Assembly: GCA_963702005.1 (NCBI GenBank)
Contig: OY969696.1
Location: 2,784,001-2,848,000 of the forward strand
DNA length: 64,000 nt
Source: Candidatus Aminicenantes bacterium
GTDB taxonomy: Bacteria > Acidobacteriota > Aminicenantia > Aminicenantales > JAFGBC01
Direction: 5' to 3'
Below, piece after piece: positions 10,140 to 20,604 of the stretch. The notes beneath the pieces were generated by a model. That model did no database searches, was not told where the DNA came from, and was given only the letters and a program-made list of their open reading frames with translations. Position numbers and translations under genes: made by a program. Position 1 is the stretch's first letter; each line of letters starts with the position of its first letter.

Positions 10140-11607
10140 TCAGTCGTCCTCGGAGCGGTTGCGCCGCCGGATAACATCCCAGAGGCCGGCGTCATGAATA
10201 CCCAGCTTGGCCGGGTCGAAAGACAGAGGCCGGCCGCCCCGCTTCTGGGCTTCGTAGTCCTTCAAGGTGGCGAGCCCGGCCTTGGTCAGTAGGAGGATAG
10301 CGATGACATTCAGCCAGGCCATCAGGCCGACGCCGATGTCGCCCAGCCCCCAGGCCAGCCGGATCGTACGGATGGCGCCATAGAACGTCATAGCCAGCAG
10401 GAAGACCCTAGCCAGTTGGATGGCGAGGCGGCTTTTCTTCTGGAACAGGTAGGCGACGTTGGACTCCGTGTAGAAGGCGTAGGCCATCAGCGTCGTGAAG
10501 GCGAAAAGGAAGAGGGCGATAGCGACGAAATGGCCGCCGAATCCTTGGATCAACGTATCGATTCCGCCGCTGCGTCCACACAGGGCTGGCTTCGATGCCG
10601 GGCAGGTTGTTGACCAGGAAGCCCCCCTTGCCGTCGGCGACGTTGTAGGTCCCGGTCATCAGGATCATGAAGCCGGTGGCGCTGCAGACGAACAGGGTAT
10701 CCACATAGACCGAAAAGGCCTGGACCAGCCCCTGCTGCGCGGGATGGCGGACTTCCGCGGCGGCCGCCGCCTGAGGCCCCGTCCCCTGGCCGGCCTCGTT
10801 GGAGAAGATGCCCCGCTTGACTCCCCAGATAATGGCCGAGCCGACGATACCGCCGAACATGGCGTTCTTACCGACCGCCGAACTGAAAATAAGCGCCAGG
10901 ATGGAGGGCAGGCGTTTGATGTCGAGAATGATGATGATGATCGCCATTAGGACATAGCCGATGGCCATGAAGGGGACCATCAGCTCGGCGGCCTTGCCGA
11001 TGCGCTTGACGCCGCCGAAGATGATCAGCCCCAGCAAGGCGGTCACGGCGATGCCCGAGATCGTCGGTGTCAAACGAGGATAAACATTCTGGAAAGCGAC
11101 GGCGATGCTGTTGGCTTGGATGCCGGGAAGGAGAATGCCGCAGGAGATAATGGTGATAACGGCGAAGATGACGGCATACCATTTTTGGCCCAGCCCTTTT
11201 TCAATGTAATAAGAGGGCCCGCCGCGGTAAACGCCGCCGATCTCCTCCTTCCAGACCTGGGCCAGGGCCGATTCGACGTAGGCGGAGCCGGCGCCCAGGA
11301 AGGCGATCATCCACATCCAGAACAGGGCGCCCGGCCCGCCGACGCCGATGGCCGTTGCGACGCCGGCGATGTTGCCCGTCCCGACCCGGCCCCCCAAGGC
11401 CATGGCGAACCCCTGGAACGAGGACACTCCCGACTTGGAGGAGGTGCCGACCCAGAGTTGTTTGACCATATCCTTGATCAGCCGGACTTGGAGAAATCGG
11501 GTTCGGATTGAGAAATAGATGCCCGCACCCAGGCAGAGCACAACCAAGGGGATGCTCCAGACATAGCTGTTGACGAGGTCGACGAGTTTTTGCAGGTCCA
11601 AGCTCAA
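10140..11607 (-). pseudogene. Alanine/glycine:cation symporter (AlsT/AGCS family), split by a frameshift near 10570
   Basis: N-terminal ORF (RVGTGNIAGVA, GGPGALFWMW, RGIFSNEAGQG) reads WTQ and then continues in another frame as GGIDTLIQGFGGHFVAIALFLFAFTT... There is one extra base; a sequencing error is possible. Confidence 0.8.
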
Positions 11608-11737
11608 CCTCCTCGGGCCGGATTTAAGGGGAAACGCGTCGTCGAATGCGTCGTCCGTTCATTCATCATGCAGGAAGGTTCTATTCTAAGGAGATCGCCG
11701 GATCCGGTCAAATGAATAGATCCGGCTCGTCCCGAGC

Positions 11738-13954
11738 TCAAGGCCAGATTGAAAGCGATATCTTGAGGACGCCCCGCTCCTCCAGCGGGATGAACCGGCT
11801 GGTCGGGTTCCAACGCCGTTCCCAGTTCTTGTTGTAGACGACGTAGATCACGTTCCCGGGGGAGATCTGCCAGCGCAGCCGGGCGCTCCAGCCCAGTTCA
11901 CGCGAGATATCGTCGTACTGGATATAGTTCATGAAGCCGATGTCCGGGGAGAGGAAAAAATCGGCCTTAGCCTGATAGACGTTCTCGCTGAAACGGCCCT
12001 GGGGGAGCCGACCCCGGACGAGGTTGGCATCCAAGGACAGGCTCAGGTAGCCGCGGTGCTTGAAGGTCAAGCCGATTTGGGTATCGTTGTAATGCCCCGA
12101 ATAGAATTCCCCGAAGCCGGTATTCAGGTCGAGGACGACCGGCCGGTGGCTGGCCGTGCTGAGCTCGAGGCGGGCGCTCGTAAAATCATAGGATCCGGAC
12201 GGCAGGACGACGCCCCGGGCGACCTCGAAGTCGTAGGGGAGGATGTCGCGATTAAGGTTGATCGAGAAACCGACCTGTTCGCCGCTTTCCGTCCTCAAGC
12301 TGAGAGGAGACGCCTGCAGCTCGCTTGTTTCAAGCCTCCCGGCCAAGTCCCAATAGAAATCGCCGCTGGCCTCGAAGAAGAGCTGCCGGATGAGTCCATC
12401 GAGAAAACCCGCGCCCGGCCGCGGCTGATATCCGACCCGGGCGAAGAACGTCTGGATGCCGCGCCGCATCATGTAGCCCATCCCCGGATCCATGGCTTCC
12501 CCGTAATAGGCGTAGGTCGTCTGGATGTCCCAGAGGTCGTTCGGATAGTTGGCCCGGAATCCGAAGCCGTGGTGGCGTCCATCCTTTAGATCGTTCCAAT
12601 TGTAAGCCATCCAAGCGGCCAGCCAGAGATTCTTGTCGCCGCGGAACTTGGAGGTCGAGTAGGCGAAGTCCATTCCGAACAGGGAATTCCGCCCTCCGCC
12701 GGGGCTTCCGTTCGTAAAGATCCAGCCGACCTTGCTTTCGGCAAAGATGTCCTGGGTCATCCGGGCGGCCATGAAGTTCCGGCCCGGAAGGTCCCCGAAC
12801 GAGTCGGTTTGGACGTCGAGGACGGCCAGGTTCGTCATGCCGATCTTGCCGTAGAGCTTGCTGCCGAAGATGACCGGGACCTGCCGTCCCCCATAGAGGC
12901 CGATCGATCGGCTGATGAAGGGGGTGAAGCTCACGCTCGAGCTGAAGTTGAAGATCTCGGACCCCTCCAGGAAGAACATCCGTTTTTCGGGAAAGAACAG
13001 GGGGAAGCGGGTCAGGTTGATTCTGCGCTCATCGGCCTCGGTCTCGGCGAAATCCATGTTATAGCTGACCACCCCCACGAAATTGGGGGTGAAATTTTTG
13101 TAGATGTCGAACCCCCCGTCGAGCTCCCGTTTCGAAGCCGCCCGACCCGTCTCGAGACCGCTCCTCAGATTGCTCGCCAAGCCGTAGGGCTTGAAAGTGA
13201 TTCCCAGGCCCTGCCGGACGCCTTCGATTCCCGCCAGGGTGGCGGCCTCCATCGGATTGTAAAAGACGCTGTCCCGGTTGGTCCCGGAGAGACGGATGAT
13301 CTCCTGCTTACGGGCGATCGTCCGTTCGACGTTGATGCCCCAGACGGTCAGACCCGGTTTGAAGGACAGGGTTTTGAACGGAATCCGGAATTCCGCGCTC
13401 CAGCCGTTTTCAAGGATCCGGCTGCGGGCGTCCCAGATGCCGTCCCAGTTAAGGCTGGCTTGACCGCCCGAGGCCAGGCCTTCGCCGCGCGCGCCGCGCG
13501 GGTTGACGAAGAAGACATAGGCGTTCCGTTTGTCCTGGAAAGGGTCGAGCAGGACGCGGACGAGGTCATCGCTGGGCAGCCCCTGCGGACCTCCATACGG
13601 GTGGTGGGTATCCCCGCCTCCGCTGTCATGGGCCATCGTGCGGGCCGCGATCCGGGCCGGCTCGCCGTCGGCGCAGAAAACGCCGACGTAGAGGTTCGCA
13701 TCGTCGAAGAGAATCCGGATCTCGGTCCGTTCGGTCGGATCCTCGTTGGGCCGGGGTTCGACCATCCGGAAGTCGGAAAAGGGGAGGGCCGAGGCCCAGA
13801 CGGAATCGGACAGGAGGCCGTCGATCTTGGGGCCGGTCTCGACTCGGACGGCCCGCAAGCCGGCCGCGAAGCCTGAGGGGGCCAGCAAGAGCGCCAGGCT
13901 CAGGACTGAGAGCATAATTCGTTTCATATCGGCCTTTCTGGAAAACAGGTTCAA
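11738..13954 (-). CDS. CBM9-like/DUF5916-type exported (probably outer-membrane) protein
   Basis: Signal peptide, PKIDGLLSD..W CBM9-like start, DFAETEADERRINLTRFPLFFPEKRMFFLEG motif, beta-rich C-terminus. Confidence 0.75.
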   Translation of the reverse strand: MNLFSRKADMKRIMLSVLSLALLLAPSGFAAGLRAVRVETGPKIDGLLSDSVWASALPFSDFRMVEPRPNEDPTERTEIRILFDDANLYVGVFCADGEPARIAARTMAHDSGGGDTHHPYGGPQGLPSDDLVRVLLDPFQDKRNAYVFFVNPRGARGEGLASGGQASLNWDGIWDARSRILENGWSAEFRIPFKTLSFKPGLTVWGINVERTIARKQEIIRLSGTNRDSVFYNPMEAATLAGIEGVRQGLGITFKPYGLASNLRSGLETGRAASKRELDGGFDIYKNFTPNFVGVVSYNMDFAETEADERRINLTRFPLFFPEKRMFFLEGSEIFNFSSSVSFTPFISRSIGLYGGRQVPVIFGSKLYGKIGMTNLAVLDVQTDSFGDLPGRNFMAARMTQDIFAESKVGWIFTNGSPGGGRNSLFGMDFAYSTSKFRGDKNLWLAAWMAYNWNDLKDGRHHGFGFRANYPNDLWDIQTTYAYYGEAMDPGMGYMMRRGIQTFFARVGYQPRPGAGFLDGLIRQLFFEASGDFYWDLAGRLETSELQASPLSLRTESGEQVGFSINLNRDILPYDFEVARGVVLPSGSYDFTSARLELSTASHRPVVLDLNTGFGEFYSGHYNDTQIGLTFKHRGYLSLSLDANLVRGRLPQGRFSENVYQAKADFFLSPDIGFMNYIQYDDISRELGWSARLRWQISPGNVIYVVYNKNWERRWNPTSRFIPLEERGVLKISLSIWP

Positions 13955-14036
13955 TCGACCGACCGGCCGGCAAAAGCCGATCTATTCTAATATGCCCGGG
14001 GCGTTTTTTCAACGAACCCGGCCCGCAGATTCCGAA

Positions 14037-14237
14037 ATTGACCAGCCCCCGGGCGGCTTCTCATCCATGGCCCGGACGGTCGGATACCCCGCCGCGACCG
14101 GAGTCCGCCTCCTTCTCGAAGGCCGCATCCGAAGCAAGGGCGTCCTCATCCCGATCCAACCCGAAATCTACGGCCCCGTTTTAGACGAGCTTCGGAACCT
14201 CGGCATCATCTTCAAGAAACGGCGGGAGCAGGCTTGA
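14037..14237 (+). pseudogene. Saccharopine dehydrogenase C-terminal remnant
   Basis: Translates GGFSSMARTVGYPAATGVRLLLEGRIRSKGVLIPIQPEIYGPVLDELRNLGIIF, the typical C-terminus of the family; there is no room for the N-terminal part. Confidence 0.65.
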
Positions 14238-14309
14238 TCGGGCAAGTCCATTTTCAGCATAATTAATTTATTATTAATTAGTTACAGAAATCCCTCCGGG
14301 CGAGCGCAA

Positions 14310-14339
14310 TTGACAATCTCCACCCGATAGTGCTATAAA
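14310..14339 (+). promoter_or_regulatory. Sigma70-type promoter overlapped by a degenerate CIRCE operator
   Basis: TTGACA-N18-TATAAA with extended TGn. TTGACAATC-N9-TAGTGCTAT matches CIRCE (TTAGCACTC-N9-GAGTGCTAA) at 6/9 and 7/9, directly upstream of hrcA. Confidence 0.7.
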
Positions 14340-14355
14340 AGATTAAGATTTCAGC

Positions 14356-15399
14356 ATGAAAAACGCGACGCTCAAGGAAAAGGACAAGCAGGTTCTCAAC
14401 CTGATCGTCGAGAACTACCTCAAGGTCGGCAGGCCGGTCAGTTCGGGGCTCCTCTCTCAGAAAAAAAAGATCCCCGATTCGCCGGCCACCCTCCGCAACA
14501 TCATGGTCAAGCTCGAAGACCTGGGCTTCCTCCACCAGCCCCATACCTCGGCCGGCCGCGTCCCCACCGACAAAGGGCTCCGCTTCTACGTCAACCACCT
14601 CTTCGCGACCGTCCTCCATGACGGCGGACAGACGAGTCCCTTCGGGGACGAGTTCGCCCGGGAAAAGGGCGACTTCGACTCGCTCTTGACCAAGGCCTCC
14701 AAGGTCCTGGCCGAGCAGTCGGACAACCTCGCCTTCGTCATCTCGCCCCGCATCTCCAAGATTCAATTCCGCTATCTCCGCTTCATCAAGGTCGGCGAGG
14801 ACCGGGTCCTGGTCATCCTGGTCACGACCTTCAACATGGTCTTGACCGAGGTCATCAAAACCGACATCTATTTCAGTCAGACCGAACTCGACAACGCCTC
14901 CGAGTACGCCAATCAGAACTTCCGGGGAAAGAACCTTCTCACCATCCGGGATCATCTGTTCCGGGAGCTGCCGACCTACCGCCGCCGCTACGAGCTCATC
15001 GTCAACAAGCTCATCAGCTTCCTTAAAACTTATTTTCTTCAGGAGGAAAAAGAAAGCCGGATCTTCTTCCAGGGCGCGGCTCGGCTCATCGACAAGCCCG
15101 AGCTGTTCGACATGGAACGGCTCAAGGTCCTCTTCCAGAACTTCGAGGAGCGGGCCAAACTGGCCAGCCTCCTGTCCGAATTCATCACCCTGGACCGGGT
15201 CAAGGTCCTGATCGGCTCCGAATCGAACGTCCCCGACATCGAGGACTGCTCGCTCATCCTCTCTCACTACGGAACCGGGAACCAGGTCCTGGGCTCTCTG
15301 GGCGTCCTCGGGCCCAAACGGATCCCGTATGAGCGGATCATCCCGCTCGTCGACGGCATCGCCAAGCAGCTGAGCCAGACGATCAGCCACCATTCTTAG
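14356..15399 (+). CDS. hrcA: Heat-inducible transcription repressor HrcA
   Basis: SPATLRNIM, QPHTSAGRVPTDKG, LGVLGPKRIPY; first gene of the grpE-dnaK-dnaJ operon. Confidence 0.95.
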   Translation: MKNATLKEKDKQVLNLIVENYLKVGRPVSSGLLSQKKKIPDSPATLRNIMVKLEDLGFLHQPHTSAGRVPTDKGLRFYVNHLFATVLHDGGQTSPFGDEFAREKGDFDSLLTKASKVLAEQSDNLAFVISPRISKIQFRYLRFIKVGEDRVLVILVTTFNMVLTEVIKTDIYFSQTELDNASEYANQNFRGKNLLTIRDHLFRELPTYRRRYELIVNKLISFLKTYFLQEEKESRIFFQGAARLIDKPELFDMERLKVLFQNFEERAKLASLLSEFITLDRVKVLIGSESNVPDIEDCSLILSHYGTGNQVLGSLGVLGPKRIPYERIIPLVDGIAKQLSQTISHHS

Positions 15400-15409
15400 A
15401 GAGGACGGC

Positions 15410-16117
15410 ATGACCAAGAAGAAGCCCCATCCCAAGCCGGAGGCCGACGGCGCTCCTTCGTCCCCGGCGTCGCCGCCCCCTCCTCAGGAGCCGACTCCTT
15501 CCGCCCCGGCGCCGGAAGCGGCACCGCCCGCCCCCAAACCCGCCGAAGGAACGCCGGCCGGCCCTGCCGCCGGCCAGCCCGAAAAAGAGGGCGTCGAGGT
15601 CGTGCCGCTTGCGGGCGATGAATACGAGGAGCTCGGCAAGGCCTTCGCGTCCCTCGAGCACGATTTCCTTCGCCTGAAACAGGAACATCACGAGCTCAAG
15701 GATAAATATCTCCGCAAGCTGGCCGAGATGGACAACCTCCGCAAAAGGGTCGAGCGCGAGAAGGCCGAGTTTCAGAGCTTCGCCCTGAATACCGTCCTCA
15801 GGGACATCCTCGCGGTCGTCGATAACTTCGCCCGAGCCCTGACCGGGACGGCCGGCCAGGACGGGAAGAGCTTCCAGGAGGGGATGGAGCTCATTCACAG
15901 GCAGCTCATGGATTTTCTGATTAAAAACGGCGTCTCGCCGATCGAGGCTGTAGGAAAGGTCTTCGACCCGACCCTCCACCAGGCGTTCGACAGCGAGGAG
16001 GTCGAAGAGATCGCAGAACCGGTCGTCGTCGAGGAGATGCAAAAAGGGTACCTTCTCCACGGCCGGCTTCTGCGGCCCGCCCTGGTCAAGGTCCGGGTTC
16101 CCAAGAAGGGGGGATAA
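15410..16117 (+). CDS. grpE: Nucleotide exchange factor GrpE (Pro/Ala-rich N-terminus)
   Basis: AEMDNLRKR, FDPTLHQA, GYLLHGRLLRPALVKV. Confidence 0.95.
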   Translation: MTKKKPHPKPEADGAPSSPASPPPPQEPTPSAPAPEAAPPAPKPAEGTPAGPAAGQPEKEGVEVVPLAGDEYEELGKAFASLEHDFLRLKQEHHELKDKYLRKLAEMDNLRKRVEREKAEFQSFALNTVLRDILAVVDNFARALTGTAGQDGKSFQEGMELIHRQLMDFLIKNGVSPIEAVGKVFDPTLHQAFDSEEVEEIAEPVVVEEMQKGYLLHGRLLRPALVKVRVPKKGG

Positions 16118-16122
16118 CGACG

Positions 16123-17718
16123 ATGGGACACATCATCGGCATCGATCTGGGCACGACCTTTTCCTGCGTAGCCTACCTTGAAGGTCAGCGACCGCTCGTC
16201 ATTCCCAACCTCGAGGGGGCGCGGACGACGCCTTCGGTCGTGAGCTTCACGACCTCGGGCGAACGGCTGGTCGGGAACCTCGCCCTCCGCCAGGCCATCA
16301 CCAACCCGGAACACACCGTCTTCGCCGTCAAGCGGCTCATCGGCCGGAAGTTCGAATCCCCGGAGATCGGCGAGGCCCGCAAGAAGGTCGGGTTCGGACT
16401 GGGGGCGGCCGCCAACGGCGACGTCCAGATCCTGATCGACGAAAAGGCCATCACTCCCCAGGAAATCTCGGGGATCATCCTCGACTACCTCCGCCGCTGC
16501 GCCGAACAGTTCTTCGGGGAGCAGATCAACGAAGCCGTCGTGACCGTGCCCGCCCACTTCAACGACCTGCAGCGCCAGGCAACCAAGGACGCCGCTCAGA
16601 TCGCGGGCCTGGAGGTCCTCCGGGTTATCAACGAGCCGACCGCGGCCAGCCTCGCTTACGGCCTCGACGTCAAGAAGAACGTGACGATCGCCGTCTTCGA
16701 CATGGGCGGAGGGACCTTCGACATCACCCTGCTCGAGATCCAGGACGGCGTCTTTCACGTCCTGTCCACGAACGGCGACACCTACCTGGGCGGCGAGGAC
16801 TTCGACAACCGAATCGTCGAATGGCTCGTCGAGGAGTTCTGGAAGGAGCAGCGCGTCGACCTGACCCAGGACAAGCTGGCCTTGCAACGGATCAAGGAAG
16901 CGGCCGAACGGGCCAAGCGCGAGCTGTCCTTCACCCTGGAAAGCGAGATCAACCTCCCCTTCATCTGCTCGGCCAAGTCGAGCTCTCTCCACATCAAAAG
17001 GCTCCTGACCCGGGCCAAGATCGAGGAGCTGACCGAGGACCTCGTCAAGAAGACCCTGCCCTGCATCGACCGGGCTCTCGACGACGCCCGGCTGTCCCTG
17101 AATCAGATCCACGACATCATTCTCGTCGGCGGCCAGACCCGGATGCCCCTGATCAAAAAGACGATCGCCAATTTCTTCGGAAAGCCGCCCATCGAAGACA
17201 TCAACCCCGATGAGATCGTGGCCATGGGAGCGGCCATCCAGTCCGGGATCCTGGGCGGAAAAATGGAGGACCTCGTCCTCCTCCTCGACGTGACGGCCTT
17301 CTCGCTCGGGATCGAGACCGAGAACGATTCGTTCGAGACCATCATCGAGAGAAACACGACGATTCCGACCAAAATCACCAAGCCCTTTACGACCGTCGAG
17401 CATAACCAGCGCCAAGTCCGGCTTCACGTCCTCCAAGGCGAGAGCCCGGCCGCCCACGAGAACAAGTCCCTGGCGACCTTTTATCTGACGGGGATCGAGC
17501 CGGCCCCTGCCGGAGTCCCCCAAGTCGACGTGACCTTCGAGATCGACGCCGACGGTCTGGTCCGGGTTCACGCCCGAGACAAAGTCTCGGGAAGCGAACA
17601 GCGCCTCGAGGTCAGGCCGTCCTCGGGCCTGACCCGATCCGAACTCCAGACGATCATCGAACAGCACAAGATCCAGGAGCCGAGCGGAACGAAAGATGGA
17701 AAAAAAGGACTACTATAA
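16123..17718 (+). CDS. dnaK: Hsp70/DnaK chaperone, C-terminally short (531 aa)
   Basis: [48 protein letters not shown]. Confidence 0.9.
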   Translation: MGHIIGIDLGTTFSCVAYLEGQRPLVIPNLEGARTTPSVVSFTTSGERLVGNLALRQAITNPEHTVFAVKRLIGRKFESPEIGEARKKVGFGLGAAANGDVQILIDEKAITPQEISGIILDYLRRCAEQFFGEQINEAVVTVPAHFNDLQRQATKDAAQIAGLEVLRVINEPTAASLAYGLDVKKNVTIAVFDMGGGTFDITLLEIQDGVFHVLSTNGDTYLGGEDFDNRIVEWLVEEFWKEQRVDLTQDKLALQRIKEAAERAKRELSFTLESEINLPFICSAKSSSLHIKRLLTRAKIEELTEDLVKKTLPCIDRALDDARLSLNQIHDIILVGGQTRMPLIKKTIANFFGKPPIEDINPDEIVAMGAAIQSGILGGKMEDLVLLLDVTAFSLGIETENDSFETIIERNTTIPTKITKPFTTVEHNQRQVRLHVLQGESPAAHENKSLATFYLTGIEPAPAGVPQVDVTFEIDADGLVRVHARDKVSGSEQRLEVRPSSGLTRSELQTIIEQHKIQEPSGTKDGKKGLL

Positions 17719-18829
17719 TATTCTGGGCGTCCGCCGGGAAGCCTCGCCCGACGAAATCAAGAAAGCCTACCGGCAGGCGGCCCTCCGCCATCATCCGGAC
17801 CGGAACCCCGGGAACAAGGACGCGGAGGAACGCTTCAAGGAAGCGGCCCAGGCCTACAGCGTCCTGGCCGACCCGGAAAAAAGGGCCGTCTACGACCGGT
17901 TCGGCGCCGACGGCCTGCGCGGCGAGGGCTTCGGCGGATTCCAGGGTTTCGACTCGTCGATCTTCGGCGATTTCGAGGATATCCTGGGCAATTTTTTCGG
18001 GTTCAGCTTCGGGGATCTGTTCGGGACGGGTTCGGGGCGGAGACGGGCGACGGCCCAGCGAGGCCGGGACCTGGCTCTCGAGCTCGAACTGACGCTCGAA
18101 GAGGCCGCCCACGGAGTCGAGAAGGAAATCCAGCTTGCCCGGGCCGAGCTCTGCCCGGCCTGCCGGGGGAGCAAGGCGGCGCCCGGGACCCGGAAATCGT
18201 CTTGCCCTCACTGCCAGGGGAGGGGACAGGTTCGCTATCAACAGGGCTTCTTCGTCGTCTCCCGGACCTGTTCGCGCTGCGGCGGGACGGGCGAAATTGT
18301 CGCGACGCCCTGCGCCGAGTGCAAGGGGACCGGCAGCCGCCGCCAAAAAAGGGCTCTGACCATCCGGATCCCGGCCGGGGTCGCCGACGGAACCCGGCTC
18401 CGGCTCCAGGGAGAGGGCGAGGCGGGCGACCGGGAAGACTTCCAGGGCGATCTCTATGTCGTGACCAGGGTTCGCAAGCATCCCTTTTTTGAGCGGGACG
18501 ACCTGAACCTGACCTGCAGGATCGAGATCGTCTTCAGCCAGGCGGCGTTGGGGATCATGGTCGAGATCCCGACCCTGGAAGGAAACGAAACCCTCAAGAT
18601 CCCGTCCGGGACCCAGCCCGGCGAGGTGTTCAGGATCAAGGGCAAGGGTCTTCGGGACCTTGACGGCCGCCGCAAGGGGGACCTGTTCGTCAAGGTCGAC
18701 GTGCGCGTCCCCGAGGACTTGACCAAGGACCAGAAATCGCTGCTCCGCCAGTTCGCGGAATCCCGCGGCGAAACGCTCGAAGGAGTCGAGAAGGGCCCGG
18801 CCCAAAAGGCCAAGCACATCTTCCATTAG
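17696..18829 (+). CDS. dnaJ: Chaperone DnaJ
   Basis: HPD motif, G/F region, four CxxCxGxG-type repeats. Confidence 0.96.
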   Translation: MEKKDYYNILGVRREASPDEIKKAYRQAALRHHPDRNPGNKDAEERFKEAAQAYSVLADPEKRAVYDRFGADGLRGEGFGGFQGFDSSIFGDFEDILGNFFGFSFGDLFGTGSGRRRATAQRGRDLALELELTLEEAAHGVEKEIQLARAELCPACRGSKAAPGTRKSSCPHCQGRGQVRYQQGFFVVSRTCSRCGGTGEIVATPCAECKGTGSRRQKRALTIRIPAGVADGTRLRLQGEGEAGDREDFQGDLYVVTRVRKHPFFERDDLNLTCRIEIVFSQAALGIMVEIPTLEGNETLKIPSGTQPGEVFRIKGKGLRDLDGRRKGDLFVKVDVRVPEDLTKDQKSLLRQFAESRGETLEGVEKGPAQKAKHIFH

Positions 18830-18845
18830 GAATGAGGTCCGCCCT

Positions 18846-19589
18846 TTGACGTCCAATCACTTCTTCGTCCTCAAGGACAACATCGCTTGGCCCGAGGCCT
18901 TCCTGGGGGGGGATCAACACCGCCATTTGAGCATCGTCCTCCGCTCCCGCCCCGGCGATGAAGTCTGGCTCTTCGACGAGAACGGCGCCCGCTACCGGGG
19001 CCGGGTTGAAGCCGTTGAAAAGGAGCGGACGGTCATCGGCCTCGTCGAAATCCTTCCCGCTTCGGCGGAGCCGCGCGTCAAGATCGTGCTGGCCCAGGCC
19101 CTGCTCAAACAGAAGCCCATGGACTTCATCATCTCCAAGGCGACCGAGCTGGGCGCGGCCGGAATCGTGCCCGTCGCGGCCGGCCGTTCGGTCATCAAGC
19201 TCGACGGCGGCTGGGAACGCAAGGCGGCCCGCTGGACGAGAATCGCCCGGGAAGCGGCCAAGCAGAGCCGCCGGGCCTCCCTCCCTTCGATCGGTCCTCC
19301 GCGCTCGATCGCCGAGCTGGGGGACCCGGCCGAAGCGGGGGAGGAGCGGTTCGTCCTGTCCGAAAAGGGCGATCCCCCTCTCAAGACAAGGCTGCTCGCG
19401 ATCCTGGGGAAGGGCCTGCCGGACCGGGCCGTGATCGCGGTCGGTCCCGAGGGAGGCTGGACCGAGTCCGAAGAGAAGTCTCTCGGTTCGGGCGGATTTG
19501 AGCCCGTGAGCCTGGGCGGCCGGATCCTCAGGGCGGAGACGGCGTCGCTGGTGGCGATCGCCTTGATCGATCATCTCTGGAATCTCTGA
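18846..19589 (+). CDS. rsmE: 16S rRNA m3U1498 methyltransferase
   Basis: KATELG, EAAKQS, VGPEGGW, LGGRILRAETA. Confidence 0.93.
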   Translation: MTSNHFFVLKDNIAWPEAFLGGDQHRHLSIVLRSRPGDEVWLFDENGARYRGRVEAVEKERTVIGLVEILPASAEPRVKIVLAQALLKQKPMDFIISKATELGAAGIVPVAAGRSVIKLDGGWERKAARWTRIAREAAKQSRRASLPSIGPPRSIAELGDPAEAGEERFVLSEKGDPPLKTRLLAILGKGLPDRAVIAVGPEGGWTESEEKSLGSGGFEPVSLGGRILRAETASLVAIALIDHLWNL

Positions 19590-19590
19590 C

Positions 19591-20529
19591 ATGTTTTTAC
19601 AAGGGCAGAAAGTCGGAAAGTACGAGATCATCCGCTCCCTGGGGAGCGGCGGGTTCGGGTCCGTGTTCCTGGCCCGCGACACATGGCTCGACATCAAGGT
19701 CGCCATCAAGGTCCCCCACAAGCAGTCGGCCGAGCTGTTCAAGCTCCTCAAGGAGCCGCGCCTCCAGGCCGCCCTTAACCATCCCAACATCGTCCGGATG
19801 CTGGCCGCCGAGAAAGAGAACAAGGTCTTCTTCATGGTCATGGAATACGTCAAGGGTCCGACCCTGGAAAAGATCCTCGAAAAGGAAAAGGTCCTCGAGG
19901 CCGATACGTCCGTCGACTACATCAAGCAAGTCTGCTACGGGATCGACCACGCCCACAAGAACAAGATCATCCATCGCGACCTCAGGCCCTCCAACATCAT
20001 CATTTCCGAGGAGGGGACGGCCAAGATCACGGACTTCGGGACCTCGGCCTGGCTCCAGAACGTCCCCTACGCTTCGACGCGGATCGGATCGCCCCCCTAC
20101 ATGGCGCCCGAGCAGTTCCTGGGCAAGGCGACCTACGCCTCCGACATCTATTCTATCGGCTGCATTTTTTACGAGATGATCACGGGCCGGCCGCCCATCT
20201 TCGACCCCGATCCGTTCAAGATCCTGGAAAAGGCCCAAGAGGGGAAAATCACGCCGCCCCGAATCAAGAACAGCCGGGTTCCGAAGGAAATCGACGAAAT
20301 CATCATGCGCTGCCTGGCCTCCAAGACCGAGGACCGCTACCCCCGGGCCTCCGACATCGTCAAGGCTCTATCAGCCCTCAAGGGCAAGCAGACGCCCGGG
20401 TCGGAGATCGACGACATCCTCTCCCGGATTCGGGCCCGGGAACGGACGAACGCCGATTTGTGCTGGAACTGCCGACGGCCGCTGCCCCTCAAATCCCGGC
20501 AGTGCCCCCACTGCGGCGAGACGATCTGA
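19591..20529 (+). CDS. Hanks-type Ser/Thr protein kinase with C-terminal zinc ribbon
   Basis: LGSGGFG, VAIK, HRDLRPSN, DFG, APE; C-terminal CWNC...CPHCG. Confidence 0.92.
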   Translation: MFLQGQKVGKYEIIRSLGSGGFGSVFLARDTWLDIKVAIKVPHKQSAELFKLLKEPRLQAALNHPNIVRMLAAEKENKVFFMVMEYVKGPTLEKILEKEKVLEADTSVDYIKQVCYGIDHAHKNKIIHRDLRPSNIIISEEGTAKITDFGTSAWLQNVPYASTRIGSPPYMAPEQFLGKATYASDIYSIGCIFYEMITGRPPIFDPDPFKILEKAQEGKITPPRIKNSRVPKEIDEIIMRCLASKTEDRYPRASDIVKALSALKGKQTPGSEIDDILSRIRARERTNADLCWNCRRPLPLKSRQCPHCGETI

Positions 20530-20604
20530 GGACCGGGACCGGCCGGGCTGGAATCGACCGCCAGTCCGGCGTATAATAGACGCGCAGAAGAGGCGGACAG
20601 ATCG

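Noticed and set aside
11608-11737. Glycine riboswitch upstream of the AGCS symporter
   Set aside because: The GGAGA, CCGAAG and CTCTCAGG aptamer motifs are absent.
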